From Selaginella moellendorffii (lineage: Eukaryota; Plantae; Lycopodiophyta): DNA of 64,000 bases. Below are positions 1 to 13,637 of the stretch, piece after piece; within the stretch, counting starts at the first letter, position 1, and every line of letters begins with the position of its first letter. The notes below the pieces were generated by a model that searched no databases, had not been told where the DNA came from, and worked only from the letters and a program-made list of their open reading frames with translations. The position numbers and the translations under genes were made by a program. The stretch covers positions 434,001 to 498,000 of the forward strand of contig NW_003314369.1 of NCBI RefSeq assembly GCF_000143415.4. The letters run 5' to 3'.

Positions 1-199
1 GGGATGGGATGAGATTTAAATATAATTGTGGATCTTTAAAACTTTAAGGGATAAATGGATAAAATAACTATTGATTGAGCAAGAATAGAACTATATTTTG
101 CTAAATTTAGCTATGTTTTCTATTACTCAATCATGGCCAATTAAGAAGAACAAGACTTTATTTCCATAGAAGTGATAGAAAAAATGTTTCACTTTTTTT

Positions 200-600
200 G
201 GATGCCATGAGTTCTAATCCACAAACTTGGGCTCTCTCTACAATGATTCCCACTAAACTCTAGACCACTTATAAATGTCCTCAAGTGAATGATCTGGCTA
301 TCAATGGCCTCCCATCTCCACCTAGACAGCTTTGTCAATCTCATTTAACGTTAAAAGCTTTCTAAAGAACTCATGTAACCAGATACCAGCAGCTACACAA
401 CTCCATTCTTGGCTAGGATTAACTTGGCCAAAGATATGGGCATGATTGCCACCAGCACTATTATTTATATGATGACTGTGCCCATGGTCATGTGGTCACT
501 TGTCTACTTGTTTGATTCCACCACATCTCCTTAATATACTACATTTGGCATTGCCTCCTTTTGAACATGAAGCTGATATGGCTTCTTGTTATGTTTCATA
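200..600 (+). repeat. Copy 1 of a decayed dispersed repeat (about 400 bp), probably transposon-derived
   Basis: Collinear shared blocks with 5585-5940 (ccatgagttct, tcccact, ccatctccac, taccag.agct, aggat.aact.ggcc, ttgtttgattcca, ttggca.tgcc) and with 10430-10620. Boundaries are approximate. Confidence 0.6.
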
Positions 601-2029
601 GGCAAGAGTTAAGGAAGTTGAAGATTTATAAAGCTGGAGAAGCTCTTTAGACATAATACAGTGTGACTGCATATGAGATGTAACATGGTATCAAAAGTTC
701 ATTTTGCTTAGCATCATTTATTAGGATTATATTTTTTGGGTGGTGGAGCATTTCTTGGTATGTCAAGAAATGAATCAGATTATCTAGGATTGATGCTAGA
801 GTAGTCTAGAATAGAAATGGGAAAAGAAGATTCATCTAGCACTAAGTTGCATGAGAATACTTTCCAATGGTTATTTGGAGTTGTCACAAGACAAGAACAC
901 GCTCCAACTTGATGCCACTAGAGGATGTGGCAAGAATGGCACTGGTGTAGCAGCATACATAACAAAGGAGGCATGAGGAGAAGGACATCTATGCTAAAGC
1001 TATGCTAGAGTGTGTTACAAGGATGTTTTGAAGGTCAGGAATTCTCCCACTGCCTTCAAAGCATGCAAACAATCTGGGTAATGGAGATGAACAATAGGTA
1101 AATGGTGAATTGTCAAGAAAGAGCAAAAGAGAGAGCAGAACTTTGACATAGTTTGGACCAAATGAGCAAATATCCACCACTTGTCTTACCATATGTATTC
1201 CTTGTGTTCTGAAGATGTCATTCAAGCTTGCATCATCAACTTCCATTAGAACAGGACCATCACCTATAGGAAGTAGAGCTAAAAGACGTGCAATGAGAGG
1301 TGGAAGAGGCGACGCCTTTTCACATAAGCAACCAAGGACAATTGTTGAATGAAATTTGGTGGAACAAGCTCATACCAGATGCAACAAGTGCTGTGGTTTT
1401 GGCCACCTTATTGCAACTTTCCCAGCTCGAGAGGAAACAGAAATTGGAAGGGACAAATTGCAAATGCTATGACGATTGACAACAATGAATTAAATAGTAG
1501 CTTTTTACTATTGAACTCATCTTTGGTATTTGCATGCTGAGTCAGGAAAATTAAAATTTGAGCTAGCTTTTGGATAGTAGCACCACCCATCACATGATGT
1601 CAAATTGATCAGCTTTTCAGCAAATCAATTAGTGTTTCTGTAAGTACAACAAGTGGTGAGACATTAAGAATAATAGCTTTTTGAAAGATTTTTTTCCTGC
1701 TTTACATCAAGAGATCACTAAAGTTTTATTTATTCTGAAGCTTTCCAAAAATTTGTTATCCATTTCTTAACTATCCATTTCTAAGAATGGGATTTACACT
1801 TTCCATCACAGACTTCATCTTTGGACAGAAACACCTCTCACAAGCAATACCAAAGAATGGACTTTATTTTCTTTCTATGATCTCTATCATTGCTAATGTT
1901 ATCTCAGTCTTCAAAGATTTGAATTTACAGCTTTAGCATCAAAGATTGCTGCATGCAAGCTATTGACGGGTTAAGGATGTTACTCTAATTGCTCATACTC
2001 TTGAAAGGACTCAATTTCATGCAAGGACT

Positions 2030-2620
2030 GCTTGTGTGCAAAGATGAAGAAAAAGCCACTACAACCACGTTGATATCTAATGACCCTCTCCTCTCAAGTC
2101 ACCTTCTATTTTTTACTAATAGTGGACAACTTTAATTACTTCATGGAGGTTCTTTTTTTAAAGCAGAAATCAGACACACATGATTGGATCCAAATGTCAG
2201 AACATCAATCCATACGTGTGTTTCACGTTGATGGAGGCTGAGAACTTTTCTCAGCAGAATTCCAGACCATCCTTCATGAGGGATTTCCCTCCTGATCTAA
2301 AACATGGCCAGAATGGGGCTGTGGAGAGAAAAATGCTTACTGTTCTCAATGCATCCCATGCAATGCTTAAAGCTATACATGTTCTGGGCCAAAGCTGTGG
2401 TGACAACTGTTCACATTTAAAAAATTCTTCCAACAGCAAAGGAGCTTTGGACTGGTGAAAGCCTACTCTTTCAAATTTACGCGTGTTCAAATGTACAGGA
2501 TACTCATATGTTCCAGATGAAGAACGACAAATGAAATGGGATGACTGCTCTACAAGATGCTTGGATACAGTAAAGATAAGTATGGATTTTCATTCAGAAG
2601 AAGGTGTTTATATGCTGAAC
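2030..2620 (+). mobile_element. Degenerate Ty1/copia integrase remnant
   Basis: Frameshifted fragments VDNFNYFMEVLFLKQKSD, QNGAVERKMLTVL, WAKAVVT and KPTLSNLRVFKCTGYSYVPDEERQMKWD match copia integrase motifs (VDDFSR..FLK.KS, QNG.AER, LRVFGC..Y). No LTRs found. Confidence 0.75.
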
Positions 2621-3605
2621 GGTGTTTTTAAAAGAATAGACACCAGATTCACTGAGAGAAGGTTAGTATTGGTCAAGTTTCTTTTTTCTCATGGAACATT
2701 TGAGTTGAGGTGAAATTTCACAATGCTGGCAGTGGCACAACACCATATCTAGTAAGGAAAGAACGTGAGAGAATGGGAAAGCAGTTGGAGAAACGTGAGC
2801 TAAGCTCAAGGACCCTAATCTACTAACACATCCTAAACTTAATTCATCATACTCACATTAATATGAGTTTCTTGAAAACTATATATATGTTTTTGCTACA
2901 AGTTTCTCAAGGATCTCCTAGTGCACTCTTTCCATGCCCGGAGACATGTATGAACTAAAAAGACTGGCTAAATTTACTCGCATTGTTTATATCTCTTGCT
3001 GCATCTTAGCAATCAGAATCTAGCAGCAAGAAAACGACAGAAAAGAAATCTGTTTGCCTATTTCAGGACGGCAATGGAGATTAGAAATGTTTTGATTTGT
3101 CACATCAGTGGTGTCATTCCATTTGGCAGCTCTATTCCATGAGGATAGAGCATATGTTTTGTCTCAGCTATATCTCCCTTTGATCCTCCATAGAACTTTC
3201 AGTAGTTTCCAACACTTCATTATAGCTTTTCTTAGATTTATATATAAGAATTTCAACGTGATAAGCTCTTTCAGCTAGGAGCTCACAAATATTCTGCCAC
3301 CTTTTGAAACATAATAAAATGCAAAATTATTTTGAAGAAATGGTTTCATGGTGTACTTGGGGCGGCTGTTTTCAATAGGATGCCAAACGTATTCAAGAAA
3401 TAGAAAAATATAGTTTCACTTCTGAGAAGCTTTGAATCCTCAAAATGGAGACAACCATTGCCGTCCAAGCCTTGACCAAGAGGTTTCTTTGTCATCGTTT
3501 TCTTGCTGCCATCTTGCTAGAATGAATTTACATAAAATAAGAAATCCAGGCGTTGCTCGAAACAGTCATTCGTTACATAATTCTTAGCTCTCAAGCAATA
3601 CATAC

Positions 3606-4926
3606 ATGGCTCCAGGCATGGTGAGAGTTTGCAATGTTTCATGTGTTATTCCCAAGAATCCAGGCCCCAATCGTTATTCTTTTATGCGCCAGAAACTAGG
3701 ACTTTGGATGTGGATCGTCTCAAATCGTCCCTGGCTGAGGTGTTGGATTCACATGATTTCTGGGGTGGAAGGCTGAGATTCAATGAAAATGGGCGTATGG
3801 AGATCGACTGTAGCAATCAAGGAACTTTCTTCACATTTGCTACTTCTGATCTTGGCATGGACCAAGTGACAGCTGATGACTCGGATGATTTTTTCTCTTT
3901 CGACGATGACATGATTAAAACCTTGGAAGATCTTCCATTGTTGAGGATCCAGGTACGTAGTTACAGCAAACATATAAGCTAGAAACTTGGATTTTAAACT
4001 ACTTTCTCTACAGTGACTCACATGCTTGGCGACAATGGTTACGCAATTTCGATATTGTTCCACCATGCTTTGGTTGATGCAACATCTGGTATCAATTTCC
4101 TGCTCAACCTTGCATCCATCAACCGGGGAGATGGTCTCTATATGGTACCAAATGGCGACCGGACTCAACTTAAATTCCGGGATCCACCACAAGTAAATCT
4201 TGAGCACGAAGAGTTTTCTACACAAACACCTCACAATGGTGCGGTGTCTTTACTTTCACCAAGGAGTCGGTGATTAGCTCGGAGATGAGGCAAAAAACGG
4301 CTCCAAAGAACGAGAGGAAGACCTTCCTCTTCAGGTTTGACAAGCTCCGCGAGCTCAAGAAAGCTGTTCTTGACGAAGGACCCTTGAGTGAATGCTCCAC
4401 TTTCGAGGCTCTGGCAGCTTTGATCTGGCGAGCCCACGCTCGGTCCATCCCAGGCAAATCGAACAACGATTTCTTCACCTTGGATTTGTAGTGGATACAA
4501 GAAACATCCTGGATCCGCCATTGGGTGAAAACGTCTGTGGCAATGCGTTCTATCCAGCATACCGAGCTGACACTTATGGATATATGCAAGCTTCCACTCT
4601 CTTCCGTCGTTGCTCAAGTGCAAGAGGCAAAAACACGAGTGACGGATGAATACGTTCGATCTGGACGAGATTTTCTCCATCTCAATCCCAACTGTTGGTA
4701 CCGACGGTGTGAGATGGTGATCAATGCTTGGCCCCGGCTGATGCAGAAGTCCCTGGAGCTCGACTTTGGTTGGGGTAAGCAATCACGAGTGGAATTTTCA
4801 CTGGATCCACGATCCTCGGTTATCGCGTTCCTCCCGTTTAGCTGGGATGGGATTTTAGTCTCGGTCTCTGCTAATGGCATTGCACTTGGGATCTTTGAAG
4901 ATGCTATAGCACAATTCCACAAGTAA
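3606..4926 (+). pseudogene. BAHD acyltransferase pseudogene, inverted paralogue of 10884-12241
   Basis: HHALVD (HxxxD) and DFGWG motifs. Against the intact paralogue: about 52-nt deletion after PNR (~3675), one base lost at the intron acceptor (4013), and frameshifts at ~4240, ~4470 and ~4560. Intron 3953-4013. Confidence 0.9.
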
Positions 4927-5584
4927 TGCCTTCTTATTGTCTTCGGGAATTTACAAGCCAAATCCGTAACATATTCCCTGATCATGCGTGATCGCTGAGG
5001 CCGCATCTGAAAGTGCACGCAGAGCGAAAGAGGCCATGGTTCCTTGCTTTGATTTTATCTGATTTTAATTTATTCTGATTGTATATGCAAAATGCCGGAC
5101 TTTAAAAGTTCACGAAGCATAGAACGTTTTTCTAGTTTGGAAACTCTTCTTATCTGGTTATAGCATTAAAGAATCCCCATTTGAAAGTGGTAGCAACATC
5201 TTTGTATGTAGACGGAAATAACAACAGATAATATATCTATGCGTTGATGGCTGATTTTATTGAAAATGTTAAAATACATTATGATTAAAGTGGTTTCATG
5301 GTGTAGTTGATCGTGTCTCCAGCTCAAACCTCAATGAAGCCATGCATTTCTAGCAAATCAAATTTGGCAATTCCATCAACCATGCATGTCGTTCAGTCAC
5401 GGTTAGCATTAAGTTTTTACCTCAATAGCTAGTGCAGACTAAGGAGTTTCTCACTTAAGCTTGATTTGTGCAGGCTCAAGGAGTTTCTCAAAGAGAAATT
5501 GCTTTGACCTATGTCAAACTCCAGGCATCACTGCACCAGTTCCTATTTAAATACCGCCAGCTTCAGTTCCAGTTTGTTTTACAC

Positions 5585-5940
5585 TGTCCCATGAGTTCTT
5601 CCAATTAGCGAGCATGCTTTGTGCGAAAAACCACAACTCTCTCCATGATGGCTGGTTAGAATCCCACTGAGCTCGGATCCTTCATCTTGGTGTCCACCCC
5701 ACCAGCCATCCAATCCATCTCCACTTCGTCAACTTTGTCCTTGTCGCTAGCCAAGCTTTCAACCTTGCTGCCTGCATACCAGGAGCTGTCCGGCCAGACC
5801 AGGATCAACTCGGCCTCAAGGACACAGCCGCCAACATGGTTACATCGCCAAACTATGGCCCACGGTAGTTGTTTGATTCCAGCGCCTACATTGGCACTGC
5901 CACATTTTGGAGCGAAGACAAAGAGATGAAACAACCTCTT
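5585..5940 (+). repeat. Copy 2 of the decayed dispersed repeat
   Basis: Collinear similarity to 200-600 and 10430-10620. Confidence 0.6.
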
Positions 5941-6346
5941 GTCCTTGTTCCCTCTGATGAAGATCATGGCCAAGAAAAGAGAATTTTTAATTATAAAAAG
6001 AAAATGATATTATAGTTAGTGGTTCCAGTGATAATGAAACCATTAAAAAAATTGACAGATATATATCATAAATGTATGACTTTTAAATTGATCTGGTGAG
6101 AACAAATGTGAAAGTTCGCACACATTTTTACCAATTGTCTAGAAAATCCAAGGATTTTTGAAATTCAAAATACCTGCTGCTTGGAGAATTATGTTTTAAT
6201 TAAGCTCTACTAAAGTATGGGTTCATACTCATTGGGCACGCCAAACCAAAAAAAGAGATTCTAAAACTTTTGATCCATAACTAGTATTGCTTATTCTAGT
6301 AATTTCCAAGCTCACACTCTTGGCACAGTATCCCTCAACCAGTATA

Positions 6347-7580
6347 TCAAACGAAGATGTCTTTAATAGAAGCAATTGTGCCGATTACTGCCAAACAAAT
6401 CCCCATTAATAACATGGCTAGAAGTCCAATCATATGTGCTCTCCTATGTGAATACTTAAATATCTTCATGTAGAAAACCATTGGCAAGATCACTCCTAGT
6501 AGCATATCAAGGGAGGAGCCAACAAACTCGATAATACTAGCAAATTTAGGAAGCCCCAAATCACAAGTGCTGTAAATGAGCTCACTAAAACTCTTGCAAT
6601 TGTGGACATGAGGGTCTTTGGCTGAATATTAAGTTTCTTTGCAATAATTTCATAAACATCTAATGTGATAGGATGCATAAGAAGTGGAAATTTAGAAACT
6701 GGAATGATAAAAGATACCCAGCCAGCAAGCCTGAAATCACACACAATACAGTTTAGAAATATTAGTGTAATAAAAGGAGTAAACACAAACTAACCTGGAA
6801 GCAAGAAAATGTCTTGGTAAATTTTGAGTGATCAAAGGGGCTGTAGAGAACCCAAACATGAAACTTCCCAATAATTGAAAGAGTAAAAATATAATTGTGA
6901 ACACTCCAAATGCAATTGAGAGTACCTGGAAAAAGCTATGAACATTAAAACCAAGAAAATAAAATTACACGCCAGTGTGAAAGATGTTTGGTTTTGCATT
7001 GAATAATAGATACTTGGATAAATTGGAGCCAACCCATAACCAAAAGAATAAATGCCAATGAACTTTGATATCTTTGAAGCTTGAACAAATGGAATTTGAG
7101 ATTTGAATCCAATCCCATCATAAAACCCAATGTAAGCTGTTGACAGCATGACAAATAAGAGGCTAAGTGTATAGCAAAGAGAAAAGAAAGAAATTACAGA
7201 CAGCTTCTCGAACCAAGTTGTAGGCACAATAACCACCATAACTACAAGTGTAGCAAGTTCTCTTGCATTAAGCAAACTAAAGTGGCATGATTTTAAAAAC
7301 TTTGTGATAAATCCCCCACTGCAACCAAGAATCCCAGAAGTGTGCATAGTACCTATGACATTGCATACATCCTACCATCAGGAGCACTCCATGCTAATAT
7401 AATAGTCCAATGCCAATGCACATCCCAACCCCAACATAGCCAGAAGTAACCATGGTGTATGGGCTAGCTAAGGTTGATACACCTAATAAAAAAGAGATCA
7501 AATAAAAAAAAAAGAAAATATCAAACATACCAAATAAGACAATGAGGGAATTCTACATCACTTGCCAGAAAGTAGAGTAT
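6347..7580 (-). pseudogene. AVT1-like amino-acid transporter pseudogene, paralogue of 13638-15027
   Basis: Collinear with the intact copy, same intron positions. Lesions: 5' end lost upstream of TFWQ, in-frame TAG at ~7394, about 90-nt deletion at ~7350, and a frameshifting deletion at ~6560. Confidence 0.9.
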
Positions 7581-10429
7581 AATTTAATAATACATTATAT
7601 TATAAATAAAGAACTATTTAGCCCCAAATAGAAGCTCACATATGTTATTAACACATATTCAATCACACACTTGATATAAAAGAAACAAAAACCAACACTC
7701 AAGATGGATTATTTGAGTCTCACTCACTTCCAATGCCATCAAATACCTCAAACATGTCAGACTTGTTAAAAGATTTTACTTCACCTTCAGCTAGATGAAG
7801 AGTATATAGTCAAATGGGGCTTTTCATAATTATCCTCTAAAAAACCATAGAGGTCAATTTTGAGGTCAAACTATGGGATTGGGGGGGGAGGAGGGTGACA
7901 AAGGTGGGATCAATGAAATTAGAGTTTAATTTTGTGCAGTTTAGATCAAGGAAACTAGAGTCTAGTTCTGTGCAACTCAAATCTGTGCCACTCACTCCAC
8001 AAACACATGCTCCCAATCTGTAATGGTGGTGAACTTTGCACTTTGTCTATGGTCCTCAACCTTATCTCTTCCATGTGATTGCATCTACCAAAGTGAGGGA
8101 CTTGTGTTGATCATGAGATTAATGGAGGTACACCACCCTTGCTTGATCTCCATCCATATTGTGCTTATAGTTTCCTAGAGATATAAAAAGCCCCTGAAGA
8201 TGTATAGTCCTGGATCCCATAGTGCGGTGAACTGAGGAAGAATATACAATCTTCAATAATGGTGATGCTACTGCTGCCTAAAAGTCCTCTCCTCACTACT
8301 ATATGACTCCAATTGGGATTGTTATTTCCAGCTTCCCATAAGACCATGCAAGTGTAGTGCCACCATGCCAGTCCCACAGCCTCATACCAATATAGTTGTA
8401 CCCTTGGTGCCATCCATCTAGAATCATAACCAAAGGTGAGCTGCTCCTCTCGGATCCGGGTTGAAGTTACACTTCCGCACTCCAACAAACTAGCTTAATA
8501 CAGCTTCTGACACAAGCCATACCCCTCGAAACATCCTATACATCTAAATGGTGGTGCTCCAAATGCCTTGATCATGGTGAATTCACAACCAACACAAGAA
8601 AGGAATTGGCCAACACAGCCGTACTATACAAACTGAGACTTCAGTGTGCTGTCGAAAAGTGTTCCATTGCTAATTGGAACTAAGTGTGCAATCAGAGGGT
8701 AGGAAAGTGTTGTTGTGCAATTTGAAGGACCCGGTAGCATATTGGACAATAGTGTCCTTTGCATGTCAAATCGAGCAATTGTAATGGCACTAAGTGAGTC
8801 GTCCCCTCCTTAGGTGGAGCTTGGCTCTTCAGATCCCAAGTGAATGAGATGAAGTTCTATGCAGCTAGTATTCTTGGAACAAGTCTTAGCAACTGTGGAC
8901 CCAAAAACCCTAAACTTAAACCATATTTTGAACTTTGAGCATTTGGATCTCATTCGCAAACCATTGGATTGCCATGAAGTCTTTTTGTCCCACCATTGCA
9001 ATCAGCGAAAAAATACTTAGTTCAGCCACTGCCACAATCCCTAGGTCGTCCATACCTTAGCCATCGCCAAAGATATGGTTGCTTTGATCTCCTAATTCCT
9101 AGTTCCAAATCGCTTGTTCTTGGACTCAAAATGATTGTGGGGACGTGCTCTCTCCAGCCGTGAAAGGAGATCATGGAAAATTTAGGTGGGGAGCTAGCAG
9201 TGACTAAAAGAATATTCTCAATGCTTTCTCACTCATGGAACATATAAATCCATTGAAACCAAAGCATGGCTTGCTCTTAAAATCATCCTTATTGCTCTAC
9301 TAGTGTTACTCTGACTCTAGATTAAGCTTGGAAGTGGTGCTCCTCTTCTCACTAAACTTAGGGTTTTGAAAAAGTATATATAGTGCCACTTCACCTTTAG
9401 AATCAGATGGCATGTCAATGAATTGTTGACATTCAAAAGCTCAATATCTTTTGGTTTCTGACTTGTCAATTTATACTACTATGTATTATTTGAAATTTAG
9501 CCTGTCAATTCTTTATCTAAGCTAAATTATTTTATATTAACTTATAGTATAGTTATTTTAATACAGTTTTATTATATTTTTAGGCCTAGATATTATTTAT
9601 AGTTTTTATAATATAATCAGATATTTCTAAGTAGTCGTGCCTTTTTTTCTTTTTCCCCTTTGTTACTTGTGTTAGGTCTAGCGTTCGTGGCCAGTGCGAG
9701 GGCTGGCCTGTGGCTAAGGGCCAGACTGAGCGCCACAGACCTACTGGCTTGCAAATGTGCACAGTGCCCAAGCCATTAAATGTGTTTTGTGAAGATGGTT
9801 TTTTGTTTTCTTTTGGGTATCACGGGATGAAATGAAGCTATATGGAGGGAAACATGAAGCAAGCCCAACTTTTCAACTAAGGTAAGAGTTGTATGCTTTT
9901 TTTCTAATTCTAAGAAACTAATACATTATTTTTCAGGTGTGGAATGAACTGGGAGAGAAGAACAAAGGCACATTTGATCTTGTACTATTTGTAGTTTTAA
10001 AATTAACTTTTCTTGTTTCTCAAGTGCTTTGATCTAGTGTGTCTGAGACCAATCCAGTGTCTAAGATCCAATCCAGTAGGCTGCTTAAAGTTTTATTATA
10101 AAATCTCTACAAAAGACTGAGCATTGCTAGTTTTGGTGTAGTTTTGGTTTTGTTTTATAGTAGGCAAATGGGGTGCCTAGTGAGGGGAGAAACAGGCACC
10201 TGCAGCCAAAGTATATTAACCTCAACATGCTGCAGAGGTCTCTTAAAGTTTACAAGGAGTGAACTCCCCAGGGCTAGGCAGAGCACAACAACGTGGAATC
10301 GCGGAGCATCAGCGAGGCGAGGTAACTCAGTGGCAGCAATCTTGCTGTAAGAGGAAAGCTGGGAGCGGCCAAGAACGAGCCAGATGAGCTAGGAGAAGGA
10401 GTAACTAGGCGGTGACATGTGGCTCCATT

Positions 10430-10620
10430 CTGCAACACGTGGATCAAACACTATGTGCCCTCACCTCCACTCCAGGGGCCCGGACTGGATATGGGTGTGA
10501 TCACTGCCGGCACAGTTACATGCTTTTAGACATAAGAGTGTCAAAAACTATGGCACATGGTATCCCACCACGTTGTTTGGCATTGCCACCTTTTAGAGCA
10601 CGAAGACAATGAGGTGATGC
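10430..10620 (+). repeat. Copy 3 (partial) of the decayed dispersed repeat
   Basis: gatatggg..tgat, aactatggc.ca.gg and tttggcattgcc.cctttt blocks shared with copies 1 and 2. Confidence 0.5.
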
Positions 10621-10883
10621 TCTAAGCATTTATATGTCTACAGGAGAGAACAACACATTCAAAGGCGGAGTATCAGGCATGACAAGAGGCCATGAATAGG
10701 AGTGCAAACGCTAAGCAAATTTTTTTAAAGAAAAACAATATTGATATCATGGTGTTCGGCATCAGTCTCAGAGTCTAGAAGCCACAATGTCATGACTTCT
10801 AGACGAATAAAATTCTCTAGATGTGTCACTTGAAATAACAATTGTCCAACAGATCCAATTATTTTTAGCAGGAAATCAGAGTT

Positions 10884-12241
10884 TTAGAATTGTGTTATAA
10901 GCTCTTCAAAGGTGGCAATTGCAATGGGATTCACAGGAACTGAGACAAAAATCCCATCGGAACTAAGCGGGAGGAACGTGATATGAAAGTTTCGTGGATC
11001 CATTGGGAACTCCACTCGTAACGGCTTTCCCCCACCAAAGTCAAGCTCCAGGGACTTTCGCATCAGCCTCGGCCAAGCGTTGATCGTCGTCTCACATGGC
11101 TGGTACCAGAAGTTGGGATTGAGATGGAGAAAATCTCGTGCAGAACGAACGTACTCATTTGTCAATCGCTTTTTCGCCTCCTGGATTTGAGCAACGATGG
11201 AGGAGAGTGGGAGCTCACTTAGATCCGCGAGTGAGAGCTCGGCATGCGCTAGATATATCGAATTCCCGCAGAAGTTCTCACCCAATGGAGGATCCAGAAT
11301 GTTCCTCGTGTCAACTGCGAATCCAACGTGAAGAACATCGCTGCTGGATTTCCCTGGGATCGATCGAGCATGGGATCGCCAAATCAGAGCTGCCAGAGCC
11401 TCGAAAGTGGAGCACTCGCTCAAGATTCCTTCGTCCAGAACAGCTTGCTTGAGCTTGCGGAGCTTGTCAAACGTGAAGAGAAAGGTCTTCCTCTCAATTT
11501 TTGGAGCCGTTTTCCTCTTCGATTCGGAGCTAATCACAGACTCCTCGGTGAGAGTGTAGATACTGTGGCCACCATTGAGAGGTATCTGTTTAGCAAGCTC
11601 TTTGTGCTCGAAGCTCACACGCGGTGGATCCCGGTATTTAAGTTGAGTCCGGTCGCCATTTGGTATCATATAGAGACCGTCTCCCCGGTTGATGGATGCA
11701 AAGTTGAGCAGGAAATTGATACCAGAGGTTGCATCAACCAAAGCGTGGTGGAACAATATTGACATTGCGCAGCCACCGTCAAGCAAACGAGTTACCTGTA
11801 GGCAAATTCCTCAAGAAACAGACTGTAAATTTGTGTTCATACCTGGATACTCAATAGTGGAAGATCTTCCAAGGTTTTAATCTTGCAATCTTCAATAAAG
11901 AAGAAGTCATCAAAGTCATCAGCCGTCACTTGGTCCAAGCTAAGATCACACGTTGCAAGCGTGAAAAAAGCTCCCTGGTTTCTACAGCTGATCTCCATAC
12001 GCCCATTTTCATTGAAGTGCAGCCTTCCAGCCCAGAAATCATATGAACCCAATACCTCAGCCACAGATGATTTGAGACGATCCACATCCAAAGTCTTAGT
12101 TTCTGGCCCATAGAAGAAGATACTTCTCACATAGAATCCCAGCTTTTGATCCGCATCACACAGATACATTATGCGGTTAGGGCCTGGATTCCTTGCAACA
12201 ACACATGAAACACTGCAAACTTTCACCATGCCTGGAGCCAT
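10884..12241 (-). CDS. BAHD family acyl-CoA acyltransferase, 436 aa, 2 exons (12241-11843, 11795-10884)
   Basis: LKSSVAEVLGSYDFWAGRL, PLLSIQVT across the conserved Q intron (47 nt, GT-AG), catalytic HHALVD, STFEALAALIWR, and DFGGG variant of DFGWG. Confidence 0.93.
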
Positions 12242-12988
12242 GTATGTATTGTTTGAGAGAAATTATCTTAAAGACTGCTTCTTGAAAGCTGAGGTTCGCT
12301 GATATCCCTTGCTCTTATGTAAATCCGTTCTAGCAATAGAAAGACGGCAGCAAATGACAAACAAACGTGTTGGACAAGGCTTGGACGGCAGTGGTTGTCT
12401 CCATTTTGAGGATTCAAAGATTCTCAGTCAACCCTATCCTATTGAAAACAGCCGTCACCTTCCTGTTTCAAAATCACGTAAAGATCAAGAAATTGAAAGT
12501 AGTTTTTTGAAAAGAAGACGTCAGCATTGAATGTTCCAATTTCTAAAGAACAGATGAAGAACTTAACGTGGATATTTTTCTTCATTATTTTGTTGTGTGT
12601 TTGTTTTGTTTGTTATTGGTCAATTGGTCATCACATCAGTTCGATCCTCGATGAAGCCACAACCATGAGTGTCAGACAAGAGAAAGAATGTTGCACCTTT
12701 CCAGCTGGAAGGAACTCGAAATTGTTCCTTGAAAGTTTACGAAGAGAACACTACAACCATGAGTCAAATCCCCCTGCTGCTTTCGAAATCATCCACCACC
12801 CTGCCAATCTAAACATTCTTTAAGAGAAGAATGGAAACGCTCCTACGAAACAAAAGACCGTTAGTTTAAAACTGCAGCTCTCGAGGACACAATGAAGGAA
12901 AATACGACCCCTGAGCATAGCTTTCAAAGCAAACCTAGATTCGGCAGAAATTAAGGAAGAAGAACAGCATTATAATTGTTACTTTATA

Positions 12989-12992
<4 letters not shown>

Positions 12993-13024
<32 letters not shown>
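12993..13024. repeat. (AG)16 microsatellite
   Basis: Read directly from the sequence. Confidence 0.97.
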
Positions 13025-13030
<6 letters not shown>

Positions 13031-13637
13031 CTACTTAACCTCAAGCCAGCCTCAAGCTTTGAGCGAGCTATAACAAACGAGATAGTGGGAGTCCACTGGG
13101 CTTTCTGGCGCGGAAACCGACATGCGGAGAGGCGCACTCGCTGATGCTATGATCTTGCTGAGAGCCACCATACGAGAACACAGGCCAATTCTCTCTCCAT
13201 CCATTCCAGTAAATTTCCTGTTCGGTCGCGAGTCCCCGTCTTACGACGCCACCAGCTTCTTCCCAGCAATTCCTTCCTGTCTATGCCGGTGACGTTTCGT
13301 CGGACGTACTGCCTTCGACGGCCTCCACGGGGTATACAAGCCTGGTCATCTGGACGAGGACTTTAAAAAGGTGGTGCTGATGCTAACCAATCAGCTCTGC
13401 CAGTGGGGACAGCAGGGAGAAGGATTATTGTAAAGTAGAAACATGATGTTAATGTGCATTGGCTGACACTACGTACCTTCTTCATTTGCTTTCAAATAGT
13501 CACTGAAAAGGAAGACAAGTTAGGATGATCAATAAACCGGTTTTGAACAGCTACAAGCGCATGTTGCTGGCTAGCTTGAGCAAAGCCTCTGTGCCCAGCG
13601 TTTGAACATAATATTTTCGAATGTTTTATTTTTGCTA

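Noticed and set aside
989-1900. Short ORFs at the window start
   Set aside because: No splice-consistent model or recognisable domain; probably decayed repeat sequence.
3341-5309. 15-bp direct repeat tggtttcatggtgta flanking the BAHD pseudogene as a possible TSD
   Set aside because: A few 15-mer matches are expected by chance in 64 kb, and the pseudogene keeps its intron, so it is not a retrocopy.
7700-9400. Possible decayed coding or transposase region, including ORF 8165-8488
   Set aside because: Stops in all frames and no motif I can assign with confidence.
10773-10804. Hairpin gtctagaag…cttctagac as a Helitron end or miRNA
   Set aside because: Stem is too short for a miRNA precursor, and no matching Helitron 5' end or helicase was found.
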